DNA of 46,346 nucleotides. Source: an uncultured bacterium (GTDB taxonomy: Bacteria; Patescibacteriota; Minisyncoccia; Phycocordibacterales; PALSA-1337). The stretch lies in contig CAIPHR010000054.1 in NCBI GenBank assembly GCA_903864905.1, forward strand, positions 1 to 46,346. Reading direction: 5' to 3'. Made by a program: the position numbers and the translations under genes. A model generated the notes under the pieces. The model searched no databases and had not been told where the DNA came from. It worked only from the letters and a program-made list of their open reading frames with translations. Positions 38,004 through 46,346 of the stretch are shown piece after piece; position 1 is the stretch's first letter, and each line of letters opens with the position of its first letter.

Positions 38004-38138
38004 CCATAAAAATGTCTGAAAATATGCTCAGACTTTTCGATTTCCACACGCAAAGCGCGCAGGCGCTTTGCTCCCGTAATATGATCTGAATTCCATTTCG
38101 ATTTTTTGTGCGCCGTCTGACAATGTTGGAACCTTTTT
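38004..38138 (-). repeat. 108-bp exact repeat (38004-38111 = 39621-39728) plus att-like site L4 (38108-38138)
   Basis: Direct comparison of the two copies; diverged third copy near 33911-34077. Confidence 0.9.
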
Positions 38139-38156
38139 GACAGCAAATGGTACGAA

Positions 38157-38720
38157 TTACAATAACTGATTAATATCCGCTGCAATTAAACGCAAATTTT
38201 TCTCGTCAATAGTATACCCCATTTCTTTAAAAACAACCTGTCTCACCCAACTTGCTTTTGGGTTATGTGAACCACAATAAACTAGCTCTTTATTTATTAA
38301 ATCATTATCAAATCTATTATGAATAATAATAGCATTGTTATAATATGCTACTTTAGATATTGTAAAATCAAATGTTTCTAATATATCAAAAACATTCGTT
38401 GAATTAGGCATCCAACAAATATCTATTTCCAGAGTCGATTTTTTATATTTGCAGAAATTTATATCGTGAATCTTTTCTGCATATCCTTCGCTTAACAATA
38501 TCCTGCCACATTGATTAAATATATTGTTATCAAAAATAAAAAAATCTAAATCCCGTGGTTCTTTGTTCTCAAAACAATTTCTAATTGCACCACCGGCTAA
38601 AATAATTAAATTATTTTTCCAAAGATCAACTATATCTTTGGGCAAATTGGATACAAATTTTGAAATCCGTTCAGTAAATAGTTGGTCATTTCTTAAAACA
38701 TAGTTTTGCATATTCAACAC
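38157..38720 (-). CDS. Nucleotidyltransferase (poly(A) polymerase/CCA head-like) protein
   Basis: LAGGAIRN...PRDLDFF...FDFTISK. Confidence 0.7.
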   Translation of the reverse strand: MLNMQNYVLRNDQLFTERISKFVSNLPKDIVDLWKNNLIILAGGAIRNCFENKEPRDLDFFIFDNNIFNQCGRILLSEGYAEKIHDINFCKYKKSTLEIDICWMPNSTNVFDILETFDFTISKVAYYNNAIIIHNRFDNDLINKELVYCGSHNPKASWVRQVVFKEMGYTIDEKNLRLIAADINQLL

Positions 38721-38735
38721 CCTACCAATTTGATA

Positions 38736-39125
38736 CTACTTGCTAGGAGTTTCTAATTTTTCAACTCCAACAGGAGTTAATTTATACTGACAGGTTATTA
38801 CATTCTTTGATTGGGAATGGTATTCATTTAGGATTTTAGCTTGAAACTTAACCGCGTATAAGTCGCCATTAAATAAATAGACACCTTCTGGATTTTCGAC
38901 AAAATTTTCTTTCCGTACTGAATTTATTGATACGTCATACAAACCCGAAGTAAAAGAATATTCGCCTAGCATTGAAAGTTTGCTTTCTGAGCATTCTAAT
39001 AATTGACCATTCCGGCAAATTATTTCCGCAAATTGTTCTACAGAAAGTTCTCTTTTTTCAACTTTCTCTGCATTATTTTCTGTCTTTATTTCTTGATTCG
39101 GAGTCAAACCTTCTTGATTTTTCAT
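38736..39125 (-). CDS. Hypothetical protein
   Basis: 129-aa ORF co-oriented with the downstream gene. Confidence 0.5.
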   Translation of the reverse strand: MKNQEGLTPNQEIKTENNAEKVEKRELSVEQFAEIICRNGQLLECSESKLSMLGEYSFTSGLYDVSINSVRKENFVENPEGVYLFNGDLYAVKFQAKILNEYHSQSKNVITCQYKLTPVGVEKLETPSK

Positions 39126-39451
39126 ATGATTTACTTTTTTAAGTGTTAATTTAATAATGACTTATATACCTTGGTAAAATTGTACATCCTAATGTTTTTT
39201 TGCGCAAGGTACGATATACACAGCTTTCTATCAACAAGTATACAACCATTCTGTCAAAAGAAAAAGCGCCGTACCCGAAGGTCGTGCGCTTGTTTAAAGA
39301 TTTGATAACCATGGGTATCTTCACCCATGAGTGATTTTTACGGAATCACACAACGTCTTTGGTTCACACGATTTTGGAAACCAAGTGGCGATAGACAAAC
39401 GCGGCAACAGCCGAGTCATAGAGCGGATTGTGCGTCCTGCCTTCGAACTCG

Positions 39452-39573
39452 CCGACGGACTTTGGAGTGCAGGTATGCGTGATGTCGCGCAGAGGAAGCG
39501 GTGTGTGTCGCTTCATTCACAGAATGTCATTCGCGCCTCGCACACATTGAACTGTACCCCATAAAGTGGACAC
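39452..39573 (-). repeat. Remnant of the element-2-type foldback (39452-39547) cut by an IS3 left end (39548-39573)
   Basis: Reverse complement is near identical to ~15169-15264; tgaactgtaccccataaagtggacac follows immediately. Confidence 0.85.
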
Positions 39574-39725
39574 GGAACAATCCCGCCCCCCAGTTTCATT
39601 TGGTAGAATTAAAAGACTAACCATAAAAATGTCTGAAAATATGCTCAGACTTTTCGATTTCCACACGCAAAGCGCGCAGGCGCTTTGCTCCCGTAATATG
39701 ATCTGAATTCCATTTCGATTTTTTG

Positions 39726-39809
39726 TGCCCGGGGTGGGAATCGAACCCACACTGCCTTACGGCAACAAAATTTTAAGTCTTGCGCGTATACCAATTTCGC
39801 CACCCGGGC
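39726..39809 (-). tRNA. tRNA-Leu(TAA)
   Basis: GCCCGGG acceptor stem, CAAGA-CTTAAAA-TTTTG anticodon arm, long variable arm, GTGGG-TTCGATT-CCCAC T arm. Confidence 0.93.
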
Positions 39810-39966
39810 GGGTGTAGTAAATGTAAATATTAAAAATCAAAATGGAAAATATACGAGTACGACATTTACAATTTTTCATTTTGACTTTTACATTTTCAAT
39901 TCACAATGAGCCCCATAAAGGGACTGCGATTTGTATCCAATCGCTATCGCTTTTGGACAAATCGGG

Positions 39967-40038
39967 AGGCCACGGCGAGAATCGAACTCGCGTATAGCTC
40001 TTTTGCAGAGAGCCGAATTACCACTTTTCTACGTGGCC
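39967..40038 (-). tRNA. tRNA-Cys(GCA)
   Basis: GGCCACG acceptor stem, GCTCT-CTGCAAA-AGAGC anticodon arm, U73 discriminator. Confidence 0.93.
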
Positions 40039-40103
40039 ATATAATATTTTAAATATCTATTACGATATTCATATTAGCATGTAAATTCAAAGACATTAAG
40101 TAC

Positions 40104-40436
40104 TTAATTTTTTATAGTAGAACTTGTGATCTCATCCAATCTCTGTCTATTCTTCTCTCCAATATCGATTCCAACTTCAAAGAAGGGTATTCTCTGTATC
40201 TTTGAATGAGTTCTCACATATTCTTTGAAATCAGTAAGTTGTCTATGCATAAATTCTACCGCATCATTCTCCTGATTTTCTGGTAATACTGTAACCAATA
40301 TAGTTGCAGTTCCTCCATGACTACGTGTCTCGACTTTGGTAACGGTGATCATCGAAAGTCTATTGGATTCACGAGAAAAGAAGTCAGCAGCTAGCTCACG
40401 TAGTATCTCTTGAATTTTGGAGTCTCTTTGGTTCAT
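40104..40436 (-). CDS. rbfA: Ribosome-binding factor A
   Basis: Downstream of infB; ITVTKVE...RIPFFEVGID; start placed at MNQRD. Confidence 0.8.
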   Translation of the reverse strand: MNQRDSKIQEILRELAADFFSRESNRLSMITVTKVETRSHGGTATILVTVLPENQENDAVEFMHRQLTDFKEYVRTHSKIQRIPFFEVGIDIGEKNRQRLDEITSSTIKN

Positions 40437-40450
40437 GATTGTGGACACAT

Positions 40451-40531
40451 ATTTGCGCCCTTTTGGCTCCGCCGTTTTCCTCTTCGTTCTTCGAAGTCGA
40501 GGAAACAGCTTTGCCAATCTGGCGGACAAAT
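40451..40531. repeat. Palindromic element between infB and rbfA
   Basis: Near reverse complement of 43783-43852. Confidence 0.8.
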
Positions 40532-42075
40532 TACTTCTTTTCAACCATCCTCACCACCTCTACCTTATCTCCTGCAGCTATCTCGAACTTCGCATCTATA
40601 AGACTACCAAATTCGAAACCTTCACGCACCTCCGTAACTCGTTTCTTTTGCTGCTGTAGTTCACGAATAAATCCGCGCCCAATCTCTGCTTCACGTCGAA
40701 CAATCTTGACTGCTGCTCCAGTCTCTAGTTGTCCTTCCTGAACTTTACCACCAACAACTTGACGGTCTTTGTCCTTCGAAAATACTGCCATGATCTTTGC
40801 TTTGCCAGTGACTTCTTCTACATACTCTTTCGGAATCATCGATAATAATGTCTCACGTACGAATTGTGATAACTCATATATGATAGAGAAATTCTTCATT
40901 TGTATCGGCACAGCGGCACGTTCGATCAGAGTCGCAGCTTTCTTATCTGGTTCTGCATTGAAACCAATAATGATGATATTTGGGTCACCCTGGGCGCTCT
41001 TTATGTCATTTTCATTGATGGCACCGATACCTTCAGAAACAATCTTTATATGTACTCGGTCATGTCGGATCTTTGCTAGTTCAAATTTTATTCCTTCCAA
41101 GGAACCTATGACGTCAGCCTTGAGTACAAGTGGCAGGGAAACGATAGCATTAGAAGTTAGTTCCACTGTAGGATGTGTAGATGGAACATTCAGAACTGAC
41201 TTTGAATTCCTGACTTTCGTCTGGTATTCCTCTATAGATTTTTCTGCCAGTTTTTTTGTCTTCACAGTCCCAAATAGTGCTCCGCATGGTGGCATAGAAG
41301 TCCATCCTAGAACTATGACTGGCATCGATGCTCCTGCTGTTTCTATCTTTTCACCTTTGAAGTTTTCTATGAAGCGAACTGGGGCATAAGCACCTTCGGC
41401 GAATACGAATGTTCCGATCTTCAATGTTCCATTATCTATAAGTAATGTTGCTGATACACCTTTGCGTGTATCTAGGGTTGACTCTATTACCGTTCCAGTT
41501 GCATCAGTATTTGGATCTGATCTCAAATCCTCGAGTTCTGCCTGAAGCATGAGTAGGTCCAGCAATTCTGGTATACCTTCTCCAGTTATAGAAGAAATCG
41601 CTACACATGGTATATTACCACCCCATCCTTCCACGTATATTTCATTTTCACCTAAACTTTGTTTTGTTCTTTCTATATTGGCGTTTGGTTTGTCTATTTT
41701 CGTAATTGCCACAATGTATGGCATTTTTTGTTCGGTTATATTTGCAAATGCTTCCAATGTTTGTGGTTTTACACCGTCCTCTGCAGAAACTATGAGAATA
41801 GCTATATCGGCCGCTTTCGCACCACGTTCACGTATATTACAGAAAGCTTCATGGCCAGGCGTATCTAGAAAAGTTATTTGATACTTTTTTCCATCACTTG
41901 CTATATGTTCAGCCTGGTAAGCACCTACATGCTGGGTTATACCACCAGCCTCTCCTGCAACGATATTAGTTTTTCTTATATAGTCGAGAAGTGTAGATTT
42001 GCCATGGTCAATATGGCCCATGATGACAACCACGGGAGGACGAGGAACCAGGTTTTGCTGGTCTTTGTTAGGCAT
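40531..42075 (-). CDS. infB: Translation initiation factor IF-2 (short form)
   Basis: RPPVVVIMGHIDHGKS, DTPGHEAF, TKID; start placed at MPNKD. Confidence 0.95.
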   Translation of the reverse strand: MPNKDQQNLVPRPPVVVIMGHIDHGKSTLLDYIRKTNIVAGEAGGITQHVGAYQAEHIASDGKKYQITFLDTPGHEAFCNIRERGAKAADIAILIVSAEDGVKPQTLEAFANITEQKMPYIVAITKIDKPNANIERTKQSLGENEIYVEGWGGNIPCVAISSITGEGIPELLDLLMLQAELEDLRSDPNTDATGTVIESTLDTRKGVSATLLIDNGTLKIGTFVFAEGAYAPVRFIENFKGEKIETAGASMPVIVLGWTSMPPCGALFGTVKTKKLAEKSIEEYQTKVRNSKSVLNVPSTHPTVELTSNAIVSLPLVLKADVIGSLEGIKFELAKIRHDRVHIKIVSEGIGAINENDIKSAQGDPNIIIIGFNAEPDKKAATLIERAAVPIQMKNFSIIYELSQFVRETLLSMIPKEYVEEVTGKAKIMAVFSKDKDRQVVGGKVQEGQLETGAAVKIVRREAEIGRGFIRELQQQKKRVTEVREGFEFGSLIDAKFEIAAGDKVEVVRMVEKK

Positions 42076-42159
42076 ATTAATGATTGATTCTAGCATGCAG
42101 AATGGATATTGACAATCGTTTTTATCAATGATATTTTTTATATGGAAGGAGTACATTAT

Positions 42160-42456
42160 ATGAAATTGATCATTCAAGGTTTTGGAGAAAATTTTAGAAT
42201 AGATATTGCAGAGTCTATTCAAAGTTATATTGAACAGTCTGGTGCTTCGGTCGAAATAATATACGTCGATGGAATAATAAGAAATCCATTTTTTCGGATT
42301 GAGGATATACAATCATCTGAAATAACCGTAGCAATGCTAGCTTTCTGTTTTATTGAATCGTATATGTCAAAATATTTGATTCCAGACGGACGGCGATCAA
42401 ATAAACCCAGACTTTCAATACAGTGCGCGTATTCAAACTCAGAATGTGAGAGTTGA
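42160..42456 (+). CDS. Hypothetical protein
   Basis: Fills an intergenic gap, AGGAG upstream; no motif. Confidence 0.3.
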   Translation: MKLIIQGFGENFRIDIAESIQSYIEQSGASVEIIYVDGIIRNPFFRIEDIQSSEITVAMLAFCFIESYMSKYLIPDGRRSNKPRLSIQCAYSNSECES

Positions 42457-42505
42457 ATAAACTAGGTGTTTAGTGCGAGAGGGAATATTAAAAATCCCTC
42501 TCTTT

Positions 42506-42991
42506 TTATTGTTTCAATCCATCCCTGGCGCTGTCTATAGCTTCTTTTTCTTCAGTTGATAATTCATGTTCACTTCCGTAACTCTTGATAGGTTTCGAAT
42601 ATATGCTCACATGTTCTCTGGAGTATAGACTTGATAGTACTACACCATCACCTTGTTCATTTAGGAATGCTGTAGCAAAACTTTGATTGCCACCACCGCC
42701 TGTACCATGAAATGGATTGAATCTAACTGTATGCACTGATCGTACACTTTTACGCAGTCTATTCTCAACACTAGCTAAGTATACGGTCATCTCTTTTTCA
42801 AAGTTCTGTAATACCTTGACTTCTTCGGTTATGTGAGTCAATGAGTCCCCAATATTTTTTGCATCGATATGTACTAGGAATTTTTTCAATTTGCTCTGCA
42901 TAGACACTACCATCACTAAAAGTATGATAGTTATTATTGCGAGAATGATGAGACCGATAAATAGTGGGTTTGAAATGAGTGTTGTTAACAT
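42506..42991 (-). CDS. DUF4446-like membrane-anchored protein
   Basis: TM plus VRFNPF..GGNQSFATAFL...GVVLSSLYSRE..SIYSKPI. Confidence 0.8.
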   Translation of the reverse strand: MLTTLISNPLFIGLIILAIITIILLVMVVSMQSKLKKFLVHIDAKNIGDSLTHITEEVKVLQNFEKEMTVYLASVENRLRKSVRSVHTVRFNPFHGTGGGGNQSFATAFLNEQGDGVVLSSLYSREHVSIYSKPIKSYGSEHELSTEEKEAIDSARDGLKQ

Positions 42992-43013
42992 GATGATTGA
43001 TTATAGCGACAAG

Positions 43014-43158
43014 TGAGGAATTATGAAAGCTTTGCTTTCATATATTCCGAACGCCGTCGATTCAGCAGAATCGTGTCGTATGGACCGATATATGAGCGAA
43101 GCGATTATGGCGATCAATGAGGAATTATGAAAGCTTTGCTTTCATATATTCCGAACGC
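43014..43158. repeat. Two identical 41-bp hairpin repeats (43014-43054, 43118-43158)
   Basis: tgaggaattatgaaagctttgctttcatatattccgaacgc twice. Confidence 0.85.
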
Positions 43159-43207
43159 ATCTATTATAACCCTTCACATCGAAAGGATTTGATGTTATAT
43201 TTTGGAT

Positions 43208-44524
43208 ATGTGGAAAAGTAGAATATATCTAGATTACGCTTCACTTACACCTATAGATCCTCGTGTTTTACATGAGGTAAAGAAATTTTCTGCAATAAAA
43301 TATGGGAATCCTTCTTCTTGGTACAGAGAAGGTGTAGATGCAAAGAAATCTCTTGATTCCGCTAGAAAGTCTATAGCAGACCATATCCATGCGCACTCCG
43401 ATGAAATAGTTTTTACATCAGGTGGTACTGAAGCAAACAATTTGGCAATACTTGGTGCGTATAATTCATACATATCATATTTATCTAAAAACTCGGGTAT
43501 AAAGGATAGTAGTGAAGGTGTATTGAAACCGCATCTCATAATCTCATGCATCGAACATTCTTCTATAATAGAGGTTGCTAAACACTTGGAAAAAAATGGT
43601 TGTGAAATTACAAGATTGAGTGTTGATGAAAAAGGTATTGTTTCAATAGAAGAATTGAAAAAATCTATCAAACCAAATACTTTCATGGTTTCTATTATGA
43701 CTGTGAATAATGAGATCGGTACGGTACAACCTATAAGGGAGATTGCAAAGATTATGAGAAAAGCTAGGAATGAATTTATTAGCGTCCGCTTGGCGGAGGC
43801 CGTTTCCTCGACTTCGAAGAACGAAGAGGAAAACGGCGTAGCCAAAAGGACGAATCATGAAATTTCGAATAGGTTTGATGTAGATGGCTACTACCCCCAA
43901 GCGGGCGATACAAAATTACTCTATCCACTTTTTCACACAGATGGCGCACAAGCAGCGCTTTGCAATGAACTATATGTAGAAAAGCTTGGAGTCGATCTAT
44001 TATCTTTGGATAGCAGTAAAGTTTATGGTCCAAGAGGTGTTGGGGCACTTTATGTGAAGAGAAATACACCTATCGAACCTATCATTTTTGGTGGTGGGCA
44101 AGAGGCTGGTATGAGGTCTGGTACAGAGAATTTGTCAGGAGTTGCTGGTTTCGCTAAAGCACTCAGTATTCAAGATTCAAAAATTTCAGAATTCCGAGAA
44201 ATGATGATATATGGATTGAGATCGATTCGCAATGACATCGTTGTGAATGGGCCAGAAAATGGCGATAGTGTTTCTCCACACATCTTGAATGTTTCTATTC
44301 CGGGGGTTGATAATGAATTCCTCGTACTTCAACTCGATGCAAATGGTATAGCGTGTTCAACGAAGAGTTCATGTTTGAGAGATGAAAAAGAGTCTTATGT
44401 TTTGAAAGCTATTGGTGCGAATAGTAATGAATCAGTCAGGTTCTCATTTGGTAGATGGACAAAAAAGAGGGATATTAATAAAGCACTGAAGGTCATAGGT
44501 ATGTTGCTCAGTAAAGATTTGTAG
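43208..44524 (+). CDS. iscS: Cysteine desulfurase (IscS/NifS family) with in-frame insertion
   Basis: IYLDYASLTP, FTSGGTEANN, HTDGAQ, SSKVYGPRGVG, RSGTEN, STKSSC. Confidence 0.88.
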   Translation: MWKSRIYLDYASLTPIDPRVLHEVKKFSAIKYGNPSSWYREGVDAKKSLDSARKSIADHIHAHSDEIVFTSGGTEANNLAILGAYNSYISYLSKNSGIKDSSEGVLKPHLIISCIEHSSIIEVAKHLEKNGCEITRLSVDEKGIVSIEELKKSIKPNTFMVSIMTVNNEIGTVQPIREIAKIMRKARNEFISVRLAEAVSSTSKNEEENGVAKRTNHEISNRFDVDGYYPQAGDTKLLYPLFHTDGAQAALCNELYVEKLGVDLLSLDSSKVYGPRGVGALYVKRNTPIEPIIFGGGQEAGMRSGTENLSGVAGFAKALSIQDSKISEFREMMIYGLRSIRNDIVVNGPENGDSVSPHILNVSIPGVDNEFLVLQLDANGIACSTKSSCLRDEKESYVLKAIGANSNESVRFSFGRWTKKRDINKALKVIGMLLSKDL

Positions 44525-44542
44525 ATATGATATAATTTCTGT

Positions 44543-46346
44543 ATGAAAAATAAAACTCTTGCATATGCACTCGCAGCAGCGATCGCTTCATGCTCATTAT
44601 TGATGTTCGTTGTCATTGGTCAAAATTTATCAGTTGTATCTGGAAAAGATTCTGTTGCGCAGGTAGTAACTGGTGGTAATAGTGCTAGTGACCCAAAAAT
44701 AAGAGTTTTTCAGGATTATTTCGGTGGTAAGGATTACATTTATTATTCGAAAAGGGCATGTGAAGACTGTGAGACATGGAGCAATGTAGTTGAAGTGTTC
44801 GATGTCCCGCTTGATGTCATGTACAAATATGCGAATCATGAGAAACTTATTGATGTTTATGGCCAAGAGGTGAGCTACAATAATATTTTTGTGGAGTCCA
44901 CTACGAATGATATGGCTAAAAGATATAATTGTACTAGGAAAACTACTCAGACATATAAATATACACAAACAATACCATATACACGTACAGGTCCTTGTCC
45001 AGTTAATGAACCTGAGAGATCTTGGCGGGAACCTGCATTGCGGATGAAACAAGAGGAGGTGGGTAGTATATCATATCTTGATCTTAGTAATTTCGAAGTA
45101 GATGGCAAGGTAATTACCAAAGCAAGAAAGTCAATATCATCATTGGTTTTTTGGGGTGGAGATAATAAAAAGAAATATACAACTACAATTACTGGACATT
45201 TGGCTACAAAAACAGAGACAGGTTTGGATAATTCAAGGGTTGCATATGTCCCATGTGACACCATAGCAGCTGGTTTTTATTATCGTCTCAGTGCAGATTG
45301 TAAAACGAAGCTTTTGATTGAAAATACGTCTCAATTTTATCTTGATGTTACTATAAATAAAGCTGAGGGGTCATATTGGTATTATGATTATGACGTAACA
45401 GCTAGTCAGCCAGTCATAGCAGAGGATGCACCATCTATTTCAATACCAGAGACAACTACTCCGACTACTCCAATTATTCCTGAAATCAAACGTCTAGCAC
45501 GATTCACTGCCGCTCTCGGTGGGGTTGTAACTTTGACTGGGTCAAAGCTCGGTGTACAAGGCGACAACTGGGTTACCATGACCAGTGCTGTCGGTAGTAG
45601 TTCATATTCACTATCTCTATCTGATGTAGTAGTAAATGGCAATACTCTATCTATCACACTGCCAAATAGTGGTAATCTACCCGCAGGTGATTATTTCCTA
45701 CAAGTCGGAAGAACAGATAGCGATTGGTCAAACAAAATCCCTATAAAGATCACAGCAGGTAGTAGCAAACCAACTGTCAATCTCATAGCAACTCCAGATC
45801 TGATCACTCAAGATCAATCAAGCACGATATCCTGGACCACTAGAAATGCTACTAGTTGTTCATCTGTACCACCTTCAACATCAGGCTCGTTTAGCCTACC
45901 TGCATTTTCTATCACGAAAACAGGGCAGGTAAGTAAGACCATATATATCTCGTGCACTGGCCCAGGAGGAACAGCTTCTACTAGTGTGAGAGTAAATATT
46001 TTGCCAACTATTCCACTACAGACTCCAGCAGAAATTCAAGCTGCTGCACAAGCTTTAGCAGCTTCACAAGCAAGAGCTCTAGCTTTAGCCCAATCCAAAG
46101 TACAACCAAACCAGCAGCAAACCAACTACACTCTCGCTCCAGTACAAACAGCAGCAGACATTGCAGCTCTAGCAGCAGCAGAGGCCGAGGCAGCGAGAGA
46201 TACTCAAACAGCAGCCCAAGCACAGGCAGCAATTCAAGCCGCCATCCAAGCAAGAGTAGTTAAACCAGCAGTCCTATACGCAGCAGCAGTACCAGGTGAC
46301 AAGAACGGCACAGTCTCCATATCAGGTAACAACATCACCATCACAT
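44543..46346 (+). CDS. Large secreted/surface protein with IPT/TIG-like domains and Ala/Gln-rich linker (runs off the window)
   Basis: MKNKTLAYALAAAIASCSLLMFVVIG leader; PEIKR...GGVVTLTGSKLG; frame read at the start and in parts, not codon by codon. Confidence 0.65.
   Translation, partial: MKNKTLAYALAAAIASCSLLMFVVIGQNLSVVSGKDSVAQVVTGGNSASDPKIRVFQDYFGGKDYIYYSKRACEDCETWSNVVEVFDVPLDVMYKYANHEKLIDVYGQEVSYNNIFVESTTNDMAKRYNCTRKTTQTYKYTQTIPYTRTGPCPVNEPERSWREPALRMKQEEVGSISYLDLSNFEVDGKVITKARKSISSLVFWGGDNKKKYTTTITGHLATKTETGLDNSRVAYVPCDTIAAGFYYRLSADCKTKLLIENTSQFYLDVTINKAEGSYWYYDYDVTASQPVIAEDAPSISIPETTTPTTPIIPEIKRLARFTAALGGVVTLTGSKLGVQGDNWVTMTSAVGSSSYSLSLSDVVVNGNTLSITLPNSGNLPAGDYFLQVGRTDSDWSNKIPIKITAGSSKPTVNLIATPDLITQDQSSTISWTTRNATSCSSVPPSTSGSFSLPAFSITKTGQVSKTIYISCTGPGGTASTSVRVNILPTIPLQTPAEIQAAAQALAASQARALALAQSKVQPNQQQTNYTLAPVQTAADIAALAAAEAEAARDTQTAAQAQAAIQAAIQARVVKPAVLYAAAVPGDKNGTVSISGNNITIT

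Larger units (their letters stand above)
32990..39739 (-). mobile_element. tRNA-Leu-anchored cassette array without integrase (4 units)
   Basis: 16-bp direct repeat tgtgcccggggtggga (32990-33005, 39724-39739) and internal sites at 34074, 36129 and 38108. Confidence 0.8.

Noticed and set aside
40437-42312. N-terminal extensions of rbfA (to 40544) and infB (to 42312)
   Set aside because: The rbfA extension is a translated palindromic repeat; the infB extension is not IF2-like and overlaps an opposite-strand ORF
43014-43158. Mini-CRISPR
   Set aside because: Only two repeats, a 63-bp spacer and no cas genes

Overview
The window looks like a Patescibacteria (CPR, Parcubacteria-like) chromosome segment in the standard genetic code; the taxonomy is inferred from gene content. 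Housekeeping blocks (gpmA, eno, rpmE2, prfA, rbfA, infB, iscS-like) flank two accessory islands anchored on tRNA 3' ends: about 22 kb downstream of tRNA-Gly(CCC) (757-22587) and about 6.7 kb downstream of tRNA-Leu(TAA) (32990-39739). Both are cut into gene units by one family of short co-oriented sites, GGTTCCAAC-N13/15-GCAC (11 copies, the last Gly copy degenerate). On the opposite strand these sites encode the C-terminal tail of a large serine recombinase, C-x-x-W-(Y/D)-(E/N)-V-G-T-(F/A)-L-A-x-N. Two units are complete small elements with the same chassis: serine integrase, rolling-circle Rep (two unrelated families), small conserved ORF with origin-like hairpins, ~300-bp covarying foldback, then cargo. 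The other units carry only cargo (TA pairs, helicase, Fic, methyltransferases, Bro-N, NYN, GIY-YIG). The best reading is a serine-integrase-built, tRNA-anchored tandem cassette array, integron-like in effect, in which integration splits the integrase gene and swaps its C-terminus. Also seen: ~160-170-bp tRNA-matched mini-modules, solo IS3 ends abutting att-like sites, a MITE-disrupted toxin, a candidate ncRNA, and palindromic elements inserted in frame into genes. No database searches were run; protein calls rest on motifs recognised by eye.
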